From positions 8,422,722-8,486,721 of the forward strand of contig OZ037766.1 in NCBI GenBank assembly GCA_964035545.1: DNA of 64,000 bases. The letters run 5' to 3'. Position numbers and translations under genes: made by a program. The notes below the pieces were generated by a model that did not search any database, had not been told where the DNA came from, and saw only the letters and a list, made by a program, of their open reading frames with translations. The stretch's first letter is position 1. Each line of letters begins with the position of its first letter. Origin of the DNA: Bugula neritina (Eukaryota; Animalia; Bryozoa). Shown here in pieces: positions 53,701 to 64,000 of this stretch.

Positions 53701-56700
53701 TGATCCCCGCACCCCACTGCGGGAGCACGCCGCCGCGGTCATAAAGCTGGCACAGATCGCGTACAGCGACTTGCCCCCAGTCAACCGCGAGAGGTATACC
53801 CTCGACGCTTTCATAGCATCTGTTGACGATCTGGGTCTCCACCACCAGTTTCTAGCTAGGGGAGTCACCACCGTTGAAGATGCTCTGACTGAGGGGGAAG
53901 CTTACCTCCTAGCTAATCAAATGCATAAAAGTCGCGGGAGCTCCCGTCAAGTGGAGATAGACCGCGCAGACACGGCCGCGGGACAAGGGGAGGAAACCCC
54001 CGCCGCGGCTGCCGTGTCCCAGTTGGCAACGGCATCAAAAGTCACTCAACTGACAGACATGCTAGCCAAGCTGATAGCAACACTGACACCACAAACCCCA
54101 GTGAGTACCGCCCCTGAGCCCATGCGGCCACCGGCGCCGCCACAGGGAGAAACAGTCAGTTTTTGCTGGGAGTGCGGAAATCAAGGACATTTCCGCCGAT
54201 ACTGTCCCTTCCTAAATCAGGGGTTAAACTACCGCGGCCCGCAGATGTTCCCACCTTCCGCGGGCCGACGATGAAACCCCCAGGGAAGAAGAAACGCAGG
54301 TCACCCAGACGGGTACCGCGTACTGGCAACCAACAGTGGCAACAGCCACGACGGACCAGCAAGGGGCTTCGCCCCGCGGCTGCCTTTTCTATGCCCCTTC
54401 ACAACAGATTCACAGGGCTACAAGTCCAAGAATCTGGATGGGAGCCCACAAAGGTAGCTGAGAATCTAGCCTCGGCACCCCCGAGGCCTACCTACCACCG
54501 CCCCAAGAGACCTCCTTCGCGACCCAAAGCGAGGGAGGTACTCCCTGCGAGGGGAAGGCCTGAAGAGAGAGTTCAGGTGCAGCCCCATGGGAACAGCTAT
54601 TTCTTGCCCGGCAAACTGGAAGGCAAAGCTGTTACTTTCCTCATTGATTCGGGCTGTACCACAAACCTCTTAAGCCGCCAACTCTTCGACACCCTCAGTG
54701 CTAGGGTCAGGGGCGAGATGGAAGCATACGAAGGGGAATATGGCACCCTAGCTGACGGGTCGTGCCTTCCCTTCTATGGTATAATTGAGCTGACGGGACG
54801 AGTCCGTGATCAAACGATCCAAGAGACGTTCATCGTCAGTCAGCTCAAGGAGGATGCTATCCTCGGGATGCCGTTCCTTAAATGGCACGGATGTCACATA
54901 GATTTTAGCAGATCTGCAATGATGATGTCCGGGCGGGAACTCGCCTGTGTCGACAAGTTCGGCCGCCCTTTAGTGGGAGGTGTGCAAGTGGTACGCAACC
55001 GTATCATACCAGGCCGCTCCCGGGCTACCATTCACTGCAGGGTGAATAGTAGCCGGATCTCTGGACTCGGGGTGGTTGAAGGCGCGCACGAAAAGATCCA
55101 ACTTGCCAGCAGTCTGAATCAGCTGACTGAGCAAGGGGAGATCTTAGTGCAGTGCGTCAACCCCTTTACCGAGCCTATCAAGCTCCCGGCTGGGTCGATG
55201 CTGGGCCGTTTTCACTCTGTTCAGGAGGGAGACGTAGGCCCGTCGCTGGGTGATGCGACAGAGGCACTCCCTCAGTGCCCTATTCAGGGACGAGGGGCAG
55301 TCCCAACACATCTCCGGGAGTTATACGAAACAGCCAGTGGCGGCTGCGCGAGTAACAGAGAACGCCAAGCTATGGCTAAGTTACTACGCGACTACGGTGA
55401 TGTGTTCAGCAGCGGAGAGCATGACGTGGGACTGGCTGGAATTGTCAGACACGAAATACCGCTGACTGCAGGGACAGTCCCTGTCCGGCAGCCCACACGC
55501 AGGCTGGGGCCGGAGAAAGAGAAGGAGGTTAGCCGACAAGTACGGGATCTTTTGGACCGGGGACTGATAGAGCCCGCCCATAGTGCGTGGAGCTCGCCAG
55601 TCGTACTGGTCCGGAAGAAAGACGGCAGTTGGCGGTTCTGTGTGGACTACCGCAAACTCAATAGCGTAACCATACAGGACGCCTACCCTCTACCTCGTAT
55701 TGACGAGTCATTGGACGCCCTAGCCGGCAGCAAGTACTTCAGTACGTTAGACTTGCTAAGCGGCTATTGGCAGGTTCCTCTGAGTCCCGACGCCCAAGAG
55801 AAAGCGGCGTTTATCACACGGGACGGTTTGTGGAAGTGGAAGGTGCTGCCCTTCGGGTTAACCTCCGCCCCAGCCACCTTCCAGAGGCTGATGGAACAAG
55901 TCCTTAGCGGACTCCATTGGAAGACACTGCTGGTCTACCTCGATGATGTCATCGTAATCTCTCCAGACTTCGAGACACATGTCAGTCGTCTGCAGGAGGT
56001 TTTCGAGAGACTCCGAGGTGCCGGTCTTAAGCTCAAACCTTCCAAGTGCGCTCTATTGCAGCCGGAGGTCAAGTACCTGGGGCACGTTGTCGGTCGAAAC
56101 GGCGTGGCAACGGATCCCGAAAAGGTACGGGCAGTAGAAGACTGGGTCACCCCCCAAGACTTGACCGGACTCCGGGCTTTCTTGGGGCTGGTAGGGTATT
56201 ACAGGCAATACATACCAGACTTTGCGGGCATAGCCCAGCCGTTAAACCGGCTCACCGCAAAGGGAGTGACGTGGCAGTGGACTCCAGTCGAACAAGAAGC
56301 GTTCGACCGCCTCAAGGGCTGCCTACTAACGGCGCCCATCTTGGCCTACCCAGACCCCACTCTGGAGTACATCCTAGACACGGACGCCAGTGACCAAAAT
56401 GTTGGCGCTGTGCTGTCACAAGTGCAGGAAGGCCGAGAGGTAGTAGTAGCCTACTACAGCAAGTCTCTCTCACCCGCTGAACGAAATTACTGCACTACCC
56501 GCAAGGAGCTGCTGGCAGTAATCAAGTCAGTGAAGCACTTCAGACCATACCTATATGGCAGGAAGTTCCGGCTGCGTACGGATCATGCCTCGCTGATCTG
56601 GTTGTGCAGGAGAGCAGAGCCCTCTAGTCAGGTCGCCCGGTGGCTCGAAATCCTAGCTGAATTCTCATACCGGATCGAACATCGACCGGGCAAGAGACAC

Positions 56701-59700
56701 AACAATGCGGATGGGTTGAGTCGCCGACCTGACGGAGGTTGCAAACAGTGTCTCAACATCGAGAGGAGGGATGGAGGTCCCCCGCGATGCGAGTTGGAGA
56801 CGCTGGCTCACCACGGAGCACCGTTTGACTGGGACCAGGGTCAACTCAGGCAGGGAGTTGATGAGTCCCCGGAGGATGTACAAAACCTCCGCGCCAACCC
56901 TGTACTGGCCGGTAATGTTCGAGAGCTGAAAAAGCTCCAAGAGGAGCTGCCTGGAGTCGTGGCAGACATATACCGGGCCAAAAGGGAAGGGCGACGACCC
57001 AGCGAGGAACGCATACGACAGGGATGCGCCGAATTCCGGCTATACTGTCAGCGTTGGGACTCGCTGCGGATCGGGCAGGATGGGTTGCTAACCATCTCTC
57101 TAGCTGCCAGCGGCAGACACCCGGAAAGGAAGAGGGTAGTCTGCCCCACAGCCATCCGCCGTGAGTTGATTTGGGATACTCACAAACAGGCCCACGCAGG
57201 GGTCAAGCGAGTGATGTCCAAATTACGACTTCGGTGGTATTGGCCACAAATGGAGCGTGATGTCCGGCTCAGAGTCAAACAGTGTGAGATCTGCCAGGCC
57301 AGTAAGCATAGCCGCCCCCCTGGTGAAGCAGGACGGCGGAGGCTATACGCTGGTAGGCCCTGGCAAGTAGTCGCTGTAGACCTGGTCGGACCCATGCCCC
57401 TGACCCCCAGAGGCAACAATTGGATCCTAGTACTAACCGACCACTTTACTAGGTGGGCGGATGCTCTGGCTATCCCAGATGCATCAGCCTCAACAGTGGC
57501 CAGGGCACTAGACCAACATGTATTCTGTTATTTTGGGCTCGCGAACAGATACACTCTGATCAAGGCGCTCAATTCCAGTCTCAACTGATGAGCGACCTTT
57601 GCCGCCTCTGGGGAGTAAATCAGAGCAGGACCACCCCCTACCACCCTCAAGGTAACGGGGTGGTGGAGCGCAACAACCGGATGCTAGGTGATGCACTCCG
57701 GAGTCTCCTCCTTGGACGAGGTCAAGAGGAATGGGATACGGTGTTGCCGCAAGTCATGCGTGCATACCGTAGCACCCCACACACCAGTACTGGTGAGACC
57801 CCAAACCTCTTGATGCTCGGGAGAGAGACTCGTGTCCCTGACCATCTCACCTATCACGTTCCAGAGCAAGATAACTCAGTCCACGAGTATGCCAGTGAAC
57901 TAGTGGAACGGATGAAGGCCGCACACGATATACTGCGCCAACAGCAGTGGAAGGTGCGGCACGAAGATTCCGATGAACCACCTCTCTATCAAAGGGGAGA
58001 TAAGGTGTGGATGGTCAATTACCGTAGGCGCCGCGGACAGGCTGATAAGCTGAAGCCTAAGTTTGTAGGCCCCTACGTGGTCGTCGAGGCTATGCCCAAT
58101 CATACGTACAAGATTGAGCGCTCAGGACAGGTGTCTATCCAGAATGAGTCTCGCTTGAAACCGTATTGGGCTAGCCCCGACGGAGTGGGAGAAGCCCCCC
58201 CGTTGTTAGAGCCCAGGAGGCAGACAACAACGTGCGGGCGACGGCGGCATGGACCTGAATACGAAGTGGTCATACCGCGGGAAGAAAACTTGGTGAGAGA
58301 GGAGCGGCAGCTTCTACCAACAGAAGCGTGTCCGCCACCGCCAAGTCTAATTCCATCACTTCCAGAAACCGAGCCGGTTCCGGAAGTGCAAACCCCCACG
58401 GAGGGAGGGGCTCCATCCGGAGAACAAGAAGAGGTGACCGCTAACGGTGAAGTAGAGGCGCCATTAGAGGCCCCTACTAACGAACCGGCAAGCGTGTCAC
58501 CCCCCCTAGAAAGGGGACAGCGTACGAGGCAACCCCCCGCATACTTGAAGGACTTCATATGTGACTGCGTTAAAAGCGGCGTGTATGAAAGTCTAGGGGA
58601 AAACCGTACGAGAAAAGTATCGAGCAAATGTGGGAGTTGTCAACACCACGGAAATATCAACTTTTGTATCGGCGGAGATAGAAACAAAATTCATCCGCCG
58701 GGTGCACAAAGTCTTAATCACGCACCCCAACCACGTTGCTCGATCTTTTCATACGCTGATGCAGTCAGGAGTAGACGTGTTTCTAAGCAGTAGTTCAAAC
58801 CATTTCACACATTCAGTATGTCTTACGACAACAGATCGTGGGGTGAGTTAACTATATCTTAATACGAAACTAGATTGCATCGCTCAGCCCTGACTCACTG
58901 AGTCAATCGAGCTGGAGATAGGTTAGTGAAATACCGTAGTAAGAACTCAGTTTGACTTAGAGATTTTTATAATCTCATTGCAATACGTGTTCTATCTGAC
59001 TATTCACTACCATAAATCTCTACGAGGTAACTGAATTAGGAGTTGCCAAGCTGTTCAAGCCGACAACACGGCAGTGTACTGTATTAACACTGTTGAAACT
59101 TTTTCAGATTACACTCGACCCGCTACAACCAGGGTACGGGATAGAACACTTCCCGCTCCGTATCCGGAGGAGTATGCTAGTGGTGACCGGCCTGAGCCAC
59201 TACGCCGCCGTTGGCGGTGGGTGTCTCCACAAACAGAAGAAGAAATAGAAACGGCCTGGGGGTCCAGAGGACGGACGAGATGCCAGATCTGTGGTGAAGA
59301 TTGCGCCTCTCACCGCTCCCTTAAACTACACGTCAATGCTCATCTCCTACTAACATTCTGCCCCTGCGGGTACAATGACGTGTATCCCTACCCCGTCACC
59401 AGACACCGAGCGACGGGCTGTTTCCCTGGAGAAAACTACGTGGTCGACGCTAAGCTATACCCGGAGTTCCTCACACTTATACGACCTCTGGTGAAGAAGG
59501 CCATGCTGTTAGCCGTTCTGTCCTCGGGGTTCCAACGTGTGTTAGACAACGCCCGCCAACAATCCCCGTTGGTGTCTGACCGCCCTCAAATTACATACAC
59601 CCCCGAGGAAATTACATATCCAGAAGAAGGAGAGATCTCCCCTACCCCGACGAAGAGACGAACCAAGTCCCCCAGTCCACCCTTGCGCCGCAGACGGACA

Positions 59701-62700
59701 CCGTCCCCAGACCCAGTCCGCCTAGCCACAGTAGAAGAACGCCTTCTGCGATTACAAGAAGAATTCACCCAGCTGGCACCAGATCTACTTAACACTACAA
59801 CAGGACTCTTCCAGCTAAAGGGATCCGTATGCCGTATGAAATGGAAACTGCGTACATGCCAAGCCAAGCACCGGCGTGCCCAACAAGGACTCTAGTTGAC
59901 TACCCGGAGTACTCCAACTCCGCCTCTTGGGAGAAGCCAAGGGGTCATGTAAATGTTTGACTGCTTAACAGGTTATCCCCTGTCTAACACCACAGCTAGC
60001 TAGTATTCCTCGTCTATCTACAGCTGGCCAATTGTATGCAACGGATCGTTACGATGACTCTGTATTATTATTATGTCTCTTCCTGTATATTATGTGTTAT
60101 TTTTGTCCACTGATGTATGCAGTTATTAATGAATGTTTTTTTTTATATATATCAGAAAGATGGCTTTCTGCTGGTGGGGGCGGTGTGGTGGTTCGTGGAA
60201 CTACCAGCAGCACAACATGTAGGGTCGCGTAATTGACCCGGAACAATGGATAGCCAATTAGCGTAGTTGATAGTTAGCAGCAATTGTAGTTTCCCGCTGC
60301 TAACTCAGTCGAAGCTAGAGTGTGAAATAGATTAGATGTGTACTTGTTTGGAAATAATGTATCGTTTTATAATGTATAATTGTGTGTAAAATATACTCGT
60401 TCACTCGACTTATCCTGGTGCAGTTCTATAGTAAATAAATAGACTCTCTGGATAGCACATCAACCCTAAATCTGAAAAATATAACAATAACACTAACGAA
60501 TGAAGTTAGTTTTACAAAAAAAATATTTTAGCTTATGATTAATAATAGGCCCAAATTTATTCAACCATTATATAATTAACAAATGCTCCAGTTTTGGTAA
60601 ATAATTTATTTAACCTACTTTCTCAGTTGTTTCATAGATAGGCATATAAGTTTAATAACTCTTTTCAAAGAAATGACAGCATCAATACTAGTCTTCTTTA
60701 TACTTGTCGATAATCTTTGAAGAAAAACTTTTCTTTAAAATGTCTGGTGAGTAAAAAGTTCTGTTTATTTCTGCACAATATAGTGTTTGTTCACCGTATT
60801 GTGCTATGTTAACTTTCTAAGCTCACCTATAGTGTTGTTAAATTCTAATCTCTCGTTAACTAATAGAACGTGATGTTGAGTTTTGAGAGCTTCCATATCT
60901 GCTTCATGCTCTGCCTGCTGCCGCCTAAGCGCTGCTTTGTGGTCATTCTTTAAGGAAATCTGCTGGTCTTTCAGTATCTCTGAAGCCTGAATCAAAGAGG
61001 CTTAAATATGAGATAAAGTAATTCCTTTACACTTGATGTTCTGAGTTGCTTTTTCGGTACGGCAAACAAATATTTATTATACTTTATAATGTAAATAAGA
61101 ATGATCGACTTCCAGCTTTTAATTTCTAAAAGCTATTGGCAACTACAGTGTCCTGTAGTGCTTTAATTCAAGAAATTAGTAATTGTATTACGCATATAAA
61201 TTAAATTACACATGTATAATATAAACAAGTTTGTAGTATGGAAAATAAAAACAAGTAACTTGTTTTAAAGTGCTGAGTAAATACATGTTCAAATAGTTGT
61301 TAATTTTATTTGTTTAACTTATTGTGTTTAGTACTTACTCTAATCTGCTATCATATTATGATTGTTCTGTTAGGAGTTTTCTTATCGTAGCAGGCAAGTG
61401 CAATTTCATCTTTATATTTTATTATCGATTGTTTATATCTTTATATTTCAGTAATTTAAACTTTACATTATTTAGACTTTTGTTCTCTGTTGTTATTCTC
61501 TCCACATGCTTCGAAGCTATGCTGAGCACATATTTTAACATTCAACTTATATAGTGGCATAGAGATACTATATTAAAGTATATTTCTTGGTGCTAACATG
61601 TAGTAAGTAGCTTTACAAGTGTTTAAACCCTACCCTGTCTTACTGGCTCCTAAAACAAGCCACGGTTCTCAGCAGAAAACATTCAGCAAGTCTAACTGGT
61701 TTATCGCAATATTATTATCACATGCATGTTTCTATAAAATTAGTTTCATGAACTTATCATGCCAACAATCATAAAATGGCCAAGTGTATTCAACACTAGC
61801 TTATCAGGACTTTTTATTTAAGATTGCAAAATCAGAATAAGTATATTTTTAATTAATTTACCTGACCAGTTAGTTTTCTAAACAAGATTATTTCAATTAT
61901 AAAAAAACCTGCAATGGTATTGTAAGGAAATAGGCACTACCTGTACCAATCGATAGTTGTTATAGCTAAAAATCTTTGACGCAACGCAACGGCAATGTAT
62001 CATTCAGCACACACAGTAAAGTGTAGAATTTGTGTGAATAAATGTGGTTTGTCTGTCTGTTCAATGACCATCAGATGTTCATAATGTTTAATTAAAAAGG
62101 CAATTGTCACTGCATAAGTTCAGCTATAGTCGTATGCTAGTATCTTGTCTGTATCTATACTTACCCTTCTTTTTGTATCTTTATGAAGCATTCTTTCTTC
62201 CTCTAAAAACAAGCTCAAATCAGCAACTTGAACTTTAAGTTTTTCTGCCATCTCACAACTATAAAATAAAAATTATTAGTATTATAAAATTGCTCGCAAT
62301 TTCATTCTATTAGTCAACACATCAAGTTAGGAATTACAGGAAGCTTTTATATGTTTATGTTCCTTTGTGAAATGTATTCATGTTATTAATAGATAAATTG
62401 TAATTGAAAGCGGAATTCTTGAATGTGAAAGAGTTGTGCACTGATGCAGTTCTCATAACCCTGAACAGTAAGTGATTTAATTCAATGCCAATAGTTTTAC
62501 ATGTTATAAAAAGGCATCAACTTTTTGATTATGCAGTATGAAAGTAGAAATGTTGCCTAATGTTGTTGGAGAAATAGAATTGGCAAATTTACTTGAAAAT
62601 ATGATTGTACAGTTGTTTCAGCTAATAAGAAATTATTATCTAGGATTTTCAGCACATCATTAGAAGCTATTAATTCAACATCTAAAAAAACTAGCAAAAG

Positions 62701-63540
62701 AAAGGAAATAATTCGACAAGATTTTGGGACAAGCTTGGTCTACTCATATATATAACACAATTATAGTCAACTTGGCAATACAATAATAATGCTATAACAG
62801 AGCAGCACAATACTTGTGAAAAAATAGTCAAGGCAGATGAGTGGTGGCAAAAGTTGAAAGTTATTTTTCATACAAAACTGAAGTCAGCGTAGTTTCTATT
62901 CAAATGTAATTATAGCTATATGCTTTATGTCTGTCTGTTTAGAGTGCAAGAAGTGGGAAAAAGAGGTGGTGGCTGAACTCTTAAGTCAGAAGTTAGCATT
63001 ATATTAGACACAAAATATATACATAGTAGTTCTCTCTTTTATTATTTCAAATGGTCAGCCAAGGCTGCATCTATTAGCATTATAATGAATTAAATTATAT
63101 ATTTAATTCATTAGTTATAGTTTGTCCTAGAATTAATTTTCAACATTTAGTAGGCCTATTGGGAGACTAATATGTATTAAGCATGCAATAATTACAAATT
63201 ACTTTACTATTTAACCATGCTGAGATTGTTGTGGTCATATAACTTATCACAATTGCTATAATTATAAATTTGATGTGAGCTCAAAGAGATTTAATTTACT
63301 TGTCCATAGTTTATAGAATTAACTCAGCATTGCAATTATTTATCAAGCTTCTTACATTTCAGGTACACACTGATGTCCTGCTGAATTCGAATGTTCCATT
63401 TCAGAGTTTCCTGAAGGTCTGCGACTTGGTTGGTCATCGTGTAAAATCATTTGTATTCGAGATTTACTCCTGTTTAAAGTTGCTGTTTCTGATGTGTATA
63501 TTTCCTGAAGAGCTGAAGGACTCTGTAAAAACAGCACCAT
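50792..63540 (-). CDS. Coiled-coil protein resembling FLACC1/ALS2CR12 (flagellum-associated); 5' end and final exons (~48950-50330) uncertain; interrupted by an intronic Gypsy element
   Basis: In-frame exons ~63540-63355, 62258-62164, 60987-60827, 52967-52815, 52393-52218, 52061-51972, 51477-51368, 50897-50792. Segments QVADLSLFLEEERMLHK, AEHEADMEALK, TELEIMTGAFHTFK and LRMQYLKKCEELF resemble FLACC1 from memory. Confidence 0.6.
52987..53289 (+). repeat. 5' LTR
   Basis: TGTGGTGG...ATAACA, identical to 60184-60486; AATAAA at 53237-53242. Confidence 0.98.
53291..53308 (+). promoter_or_regulatory. Primer binding site complementary to the tRNA-Leu 3' end
   Basis: TGGTGGCAGCGGTGGGAT, 1 nt after the LTR, is the reverse complement of ATCCCACCGCTGCCACCA (3' end of metazoan tRNA-Leu AAG/UAG type). 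Confidence 0.9.
53321..54274 (+). CDS. gag: Gag (317 aa)
   Basis: LKAPTFTGEEEVEQFI capsid-start motif; CCHC knuckle CWECGNQGHFRRYC. Confidence 0.93.
   Translation: METENAGTQPPAIEGERRDNAVETMPVNHVVEERRVPRELAEDRYRLKAPTFTGEEEVEQFIQEFSDVMDVAQWPPRVALLKLRMALMDKAKPYGLGVDIDNIFASLRARFGLSATDARARLQRLRRDPRTPLREHAAAVIKLAQIAYSDLPPVNRERYTLDAFIASVDDLGLHHQFLARGVTTVEDALTEGEAYLLANQMHKSRGSSRQVEIDRADTAAGQGEETPAAAAVSQLATASKVTQLTDMLAKLIATLTPQTPVSTAPEPMRPPAPPQGETVSFCWECGNQGHFRRYCPFLNQGLNYRGPQMFPPSAGRR
54223..54288 (+). promoter_or_regulatory. -1 programmed ribosomal frameshift signal (G_UUA_AAC, 5-nt spacer, stem-loop/pseudoknot)
   Basis: Heptamer in gag phase at 54223-54229. 8-bp GC stem 54235-54242/54260-54267; loop CTTCC (54255-54259) can pair with GGAAG (54284-54288). 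pol is in the -1 frame and open across this site. Confidence 0.8.
54223..58793 (+). CDS. pol: Pol polyprotein (PR, RT, RNase H, integrase with GPY/F), with a 1-nt frameshift at ~57541 inside the integrase core
   Basis: FLIDSG protease; WRFCVDYRKLN, LPFGL and YLDD (55936-55947) RT; LDTDAS RNase H; H-x3-H...CEIC, VAVDL, IHSDQG, YHPQGNGVVER integrase; KLKPKFVGPY. ORFs 54163-57588 and 57453-58793 join at CYFGL|EQIHSD. Confidence 0.95.
58818..59895 (+). CDS. ORF3 of the Gypsy element: probably spliced; C2H2 + C2HC zinc fingers, Arg/Ser-Pro-rich tract, C-terminal coiled coil; not env-like
   Basis: Main exon 59108-59895 follows a ttttcAG acceptor. Phase-matched donors at 58843 (mini-exon ATG 58818, MSYDNRSW) and 53364 (gag leader). 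Zinc fingers at 59281-59343 and 59359-59421. Confidence 0.75.
60173..60183 (+). promoter_or_regulatory. Polypurine tract
   Basis: GGTGGGGGCGG immediately before the 3' LTR. Confidence 0.85.
60184..60486 (+). repeat. 3' LTR
   Basis: Identical to the 5' LTR on base-by-base reading; followed by TSD ATAA. Confidence 0.98.
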
Positions 63541-64000
63541 GTTGATTCCCCAACAGCATTATAACAACATGAGCAAAATGCAATAAGCAAGAATTGATCA
63601 TTTGTACAATCAGTCATTATTTTTGTAAGAGAAAAATATTTCAAAATCGATAAAATGTTGTTTTTAAATATTTTATTCAAGATTCTGGAGTACTTTTTCT
63701 CTCTAAATATTTATTTATAATTTGAGCAAACTATAACTAAAGTTAGTTTTTTTATTATAAGAACATAACTGTGCGGTTGGTGACTGCTAATTGATGAGTT
63801 CTTGTGGCTGGCACTTGTTTGTTTGGTAAGAATTATCAAATAGAAAAATGACAAGCCCATGGAAGTTGATTAGTCTCTACCAGATTTTGTTTTCTATGTT
63901 AATACATGTTATTTAAATGCATGTTTTTTTTCTATGAGACACACTTTGACCACACTTGAATAGAGAAAGTTTTGTATTGAAATAGAATACCTGAACTGTA

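Larger units (their letters stand above)
52987..60486 (+). mobile_element. Full-length, very recent Ty3/Gypsy LTR retrotransposon (7500 bp) with an extra 3' gene
   Basis: Two identical 303-bp LTRs (TG...CA), 4-bp TSD ATAA (52983-52986 / 60487-60490), PBS, PPT, gag, and pol in PR-RT-RH-IN order. Confidence 0.98.

Noticed and set aside
59074-59107. GTG start for ORF3 as given in the ORF track
   Set aside because: This segment looks like a branch point/polypyrimidine/AG acceptor; a spliced start is more plausible than GTG initiation
53459-59867. Several antisense or alternate-frame ORFs inside the Gypsy element (e.g. 58100-58627 minus, 175 aa)
   Set aside because: Expected shadows of GC-rich coding sequence; no recognisable domains

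Overview
AT-rich, intron-rich animal (invertebrate) genomic DNA; a spiralian such as a bryozoan is my guess, not demonstrated. It holds six host genes in alternating orientation: a 5'-truncated GPAT1/GPAM (+, to 15091), an NR1J/HR96-like nuclear receptor (-), TSR3 (+), CHTF8 (-), UTP4 (+) and a FLACC1-like coiled-coil gene (-). There are two head-to-head pairs (HR96/TSR3 and CHTF8/UTP4). Both are flanked on each side by 0.5-1.1 kb tracts with an unusual 6-bp periodic A-N-T-N-N-N pattern, and the first pair also has a ~225-bp near-perfect palindrome. The FLACC1-like gene carries a very young 7.5-kb Ty3/Gypsy element: identical 303-bp LTRs, ATAA TSD, tRNA-Leu PBS, and a G_UUA_AAC slippery site plus pseudoknot for -1 frameshifting. 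In place of env, this element has a third gene that appears to need splicing and encodes a double zinc finger, an Arg/Ser-Pro-rich tract and a coiled coil. Degenerate Tc1 and R4/Dong-like remnants and simple repeats are also present. All calls were made by eye, with no database search.
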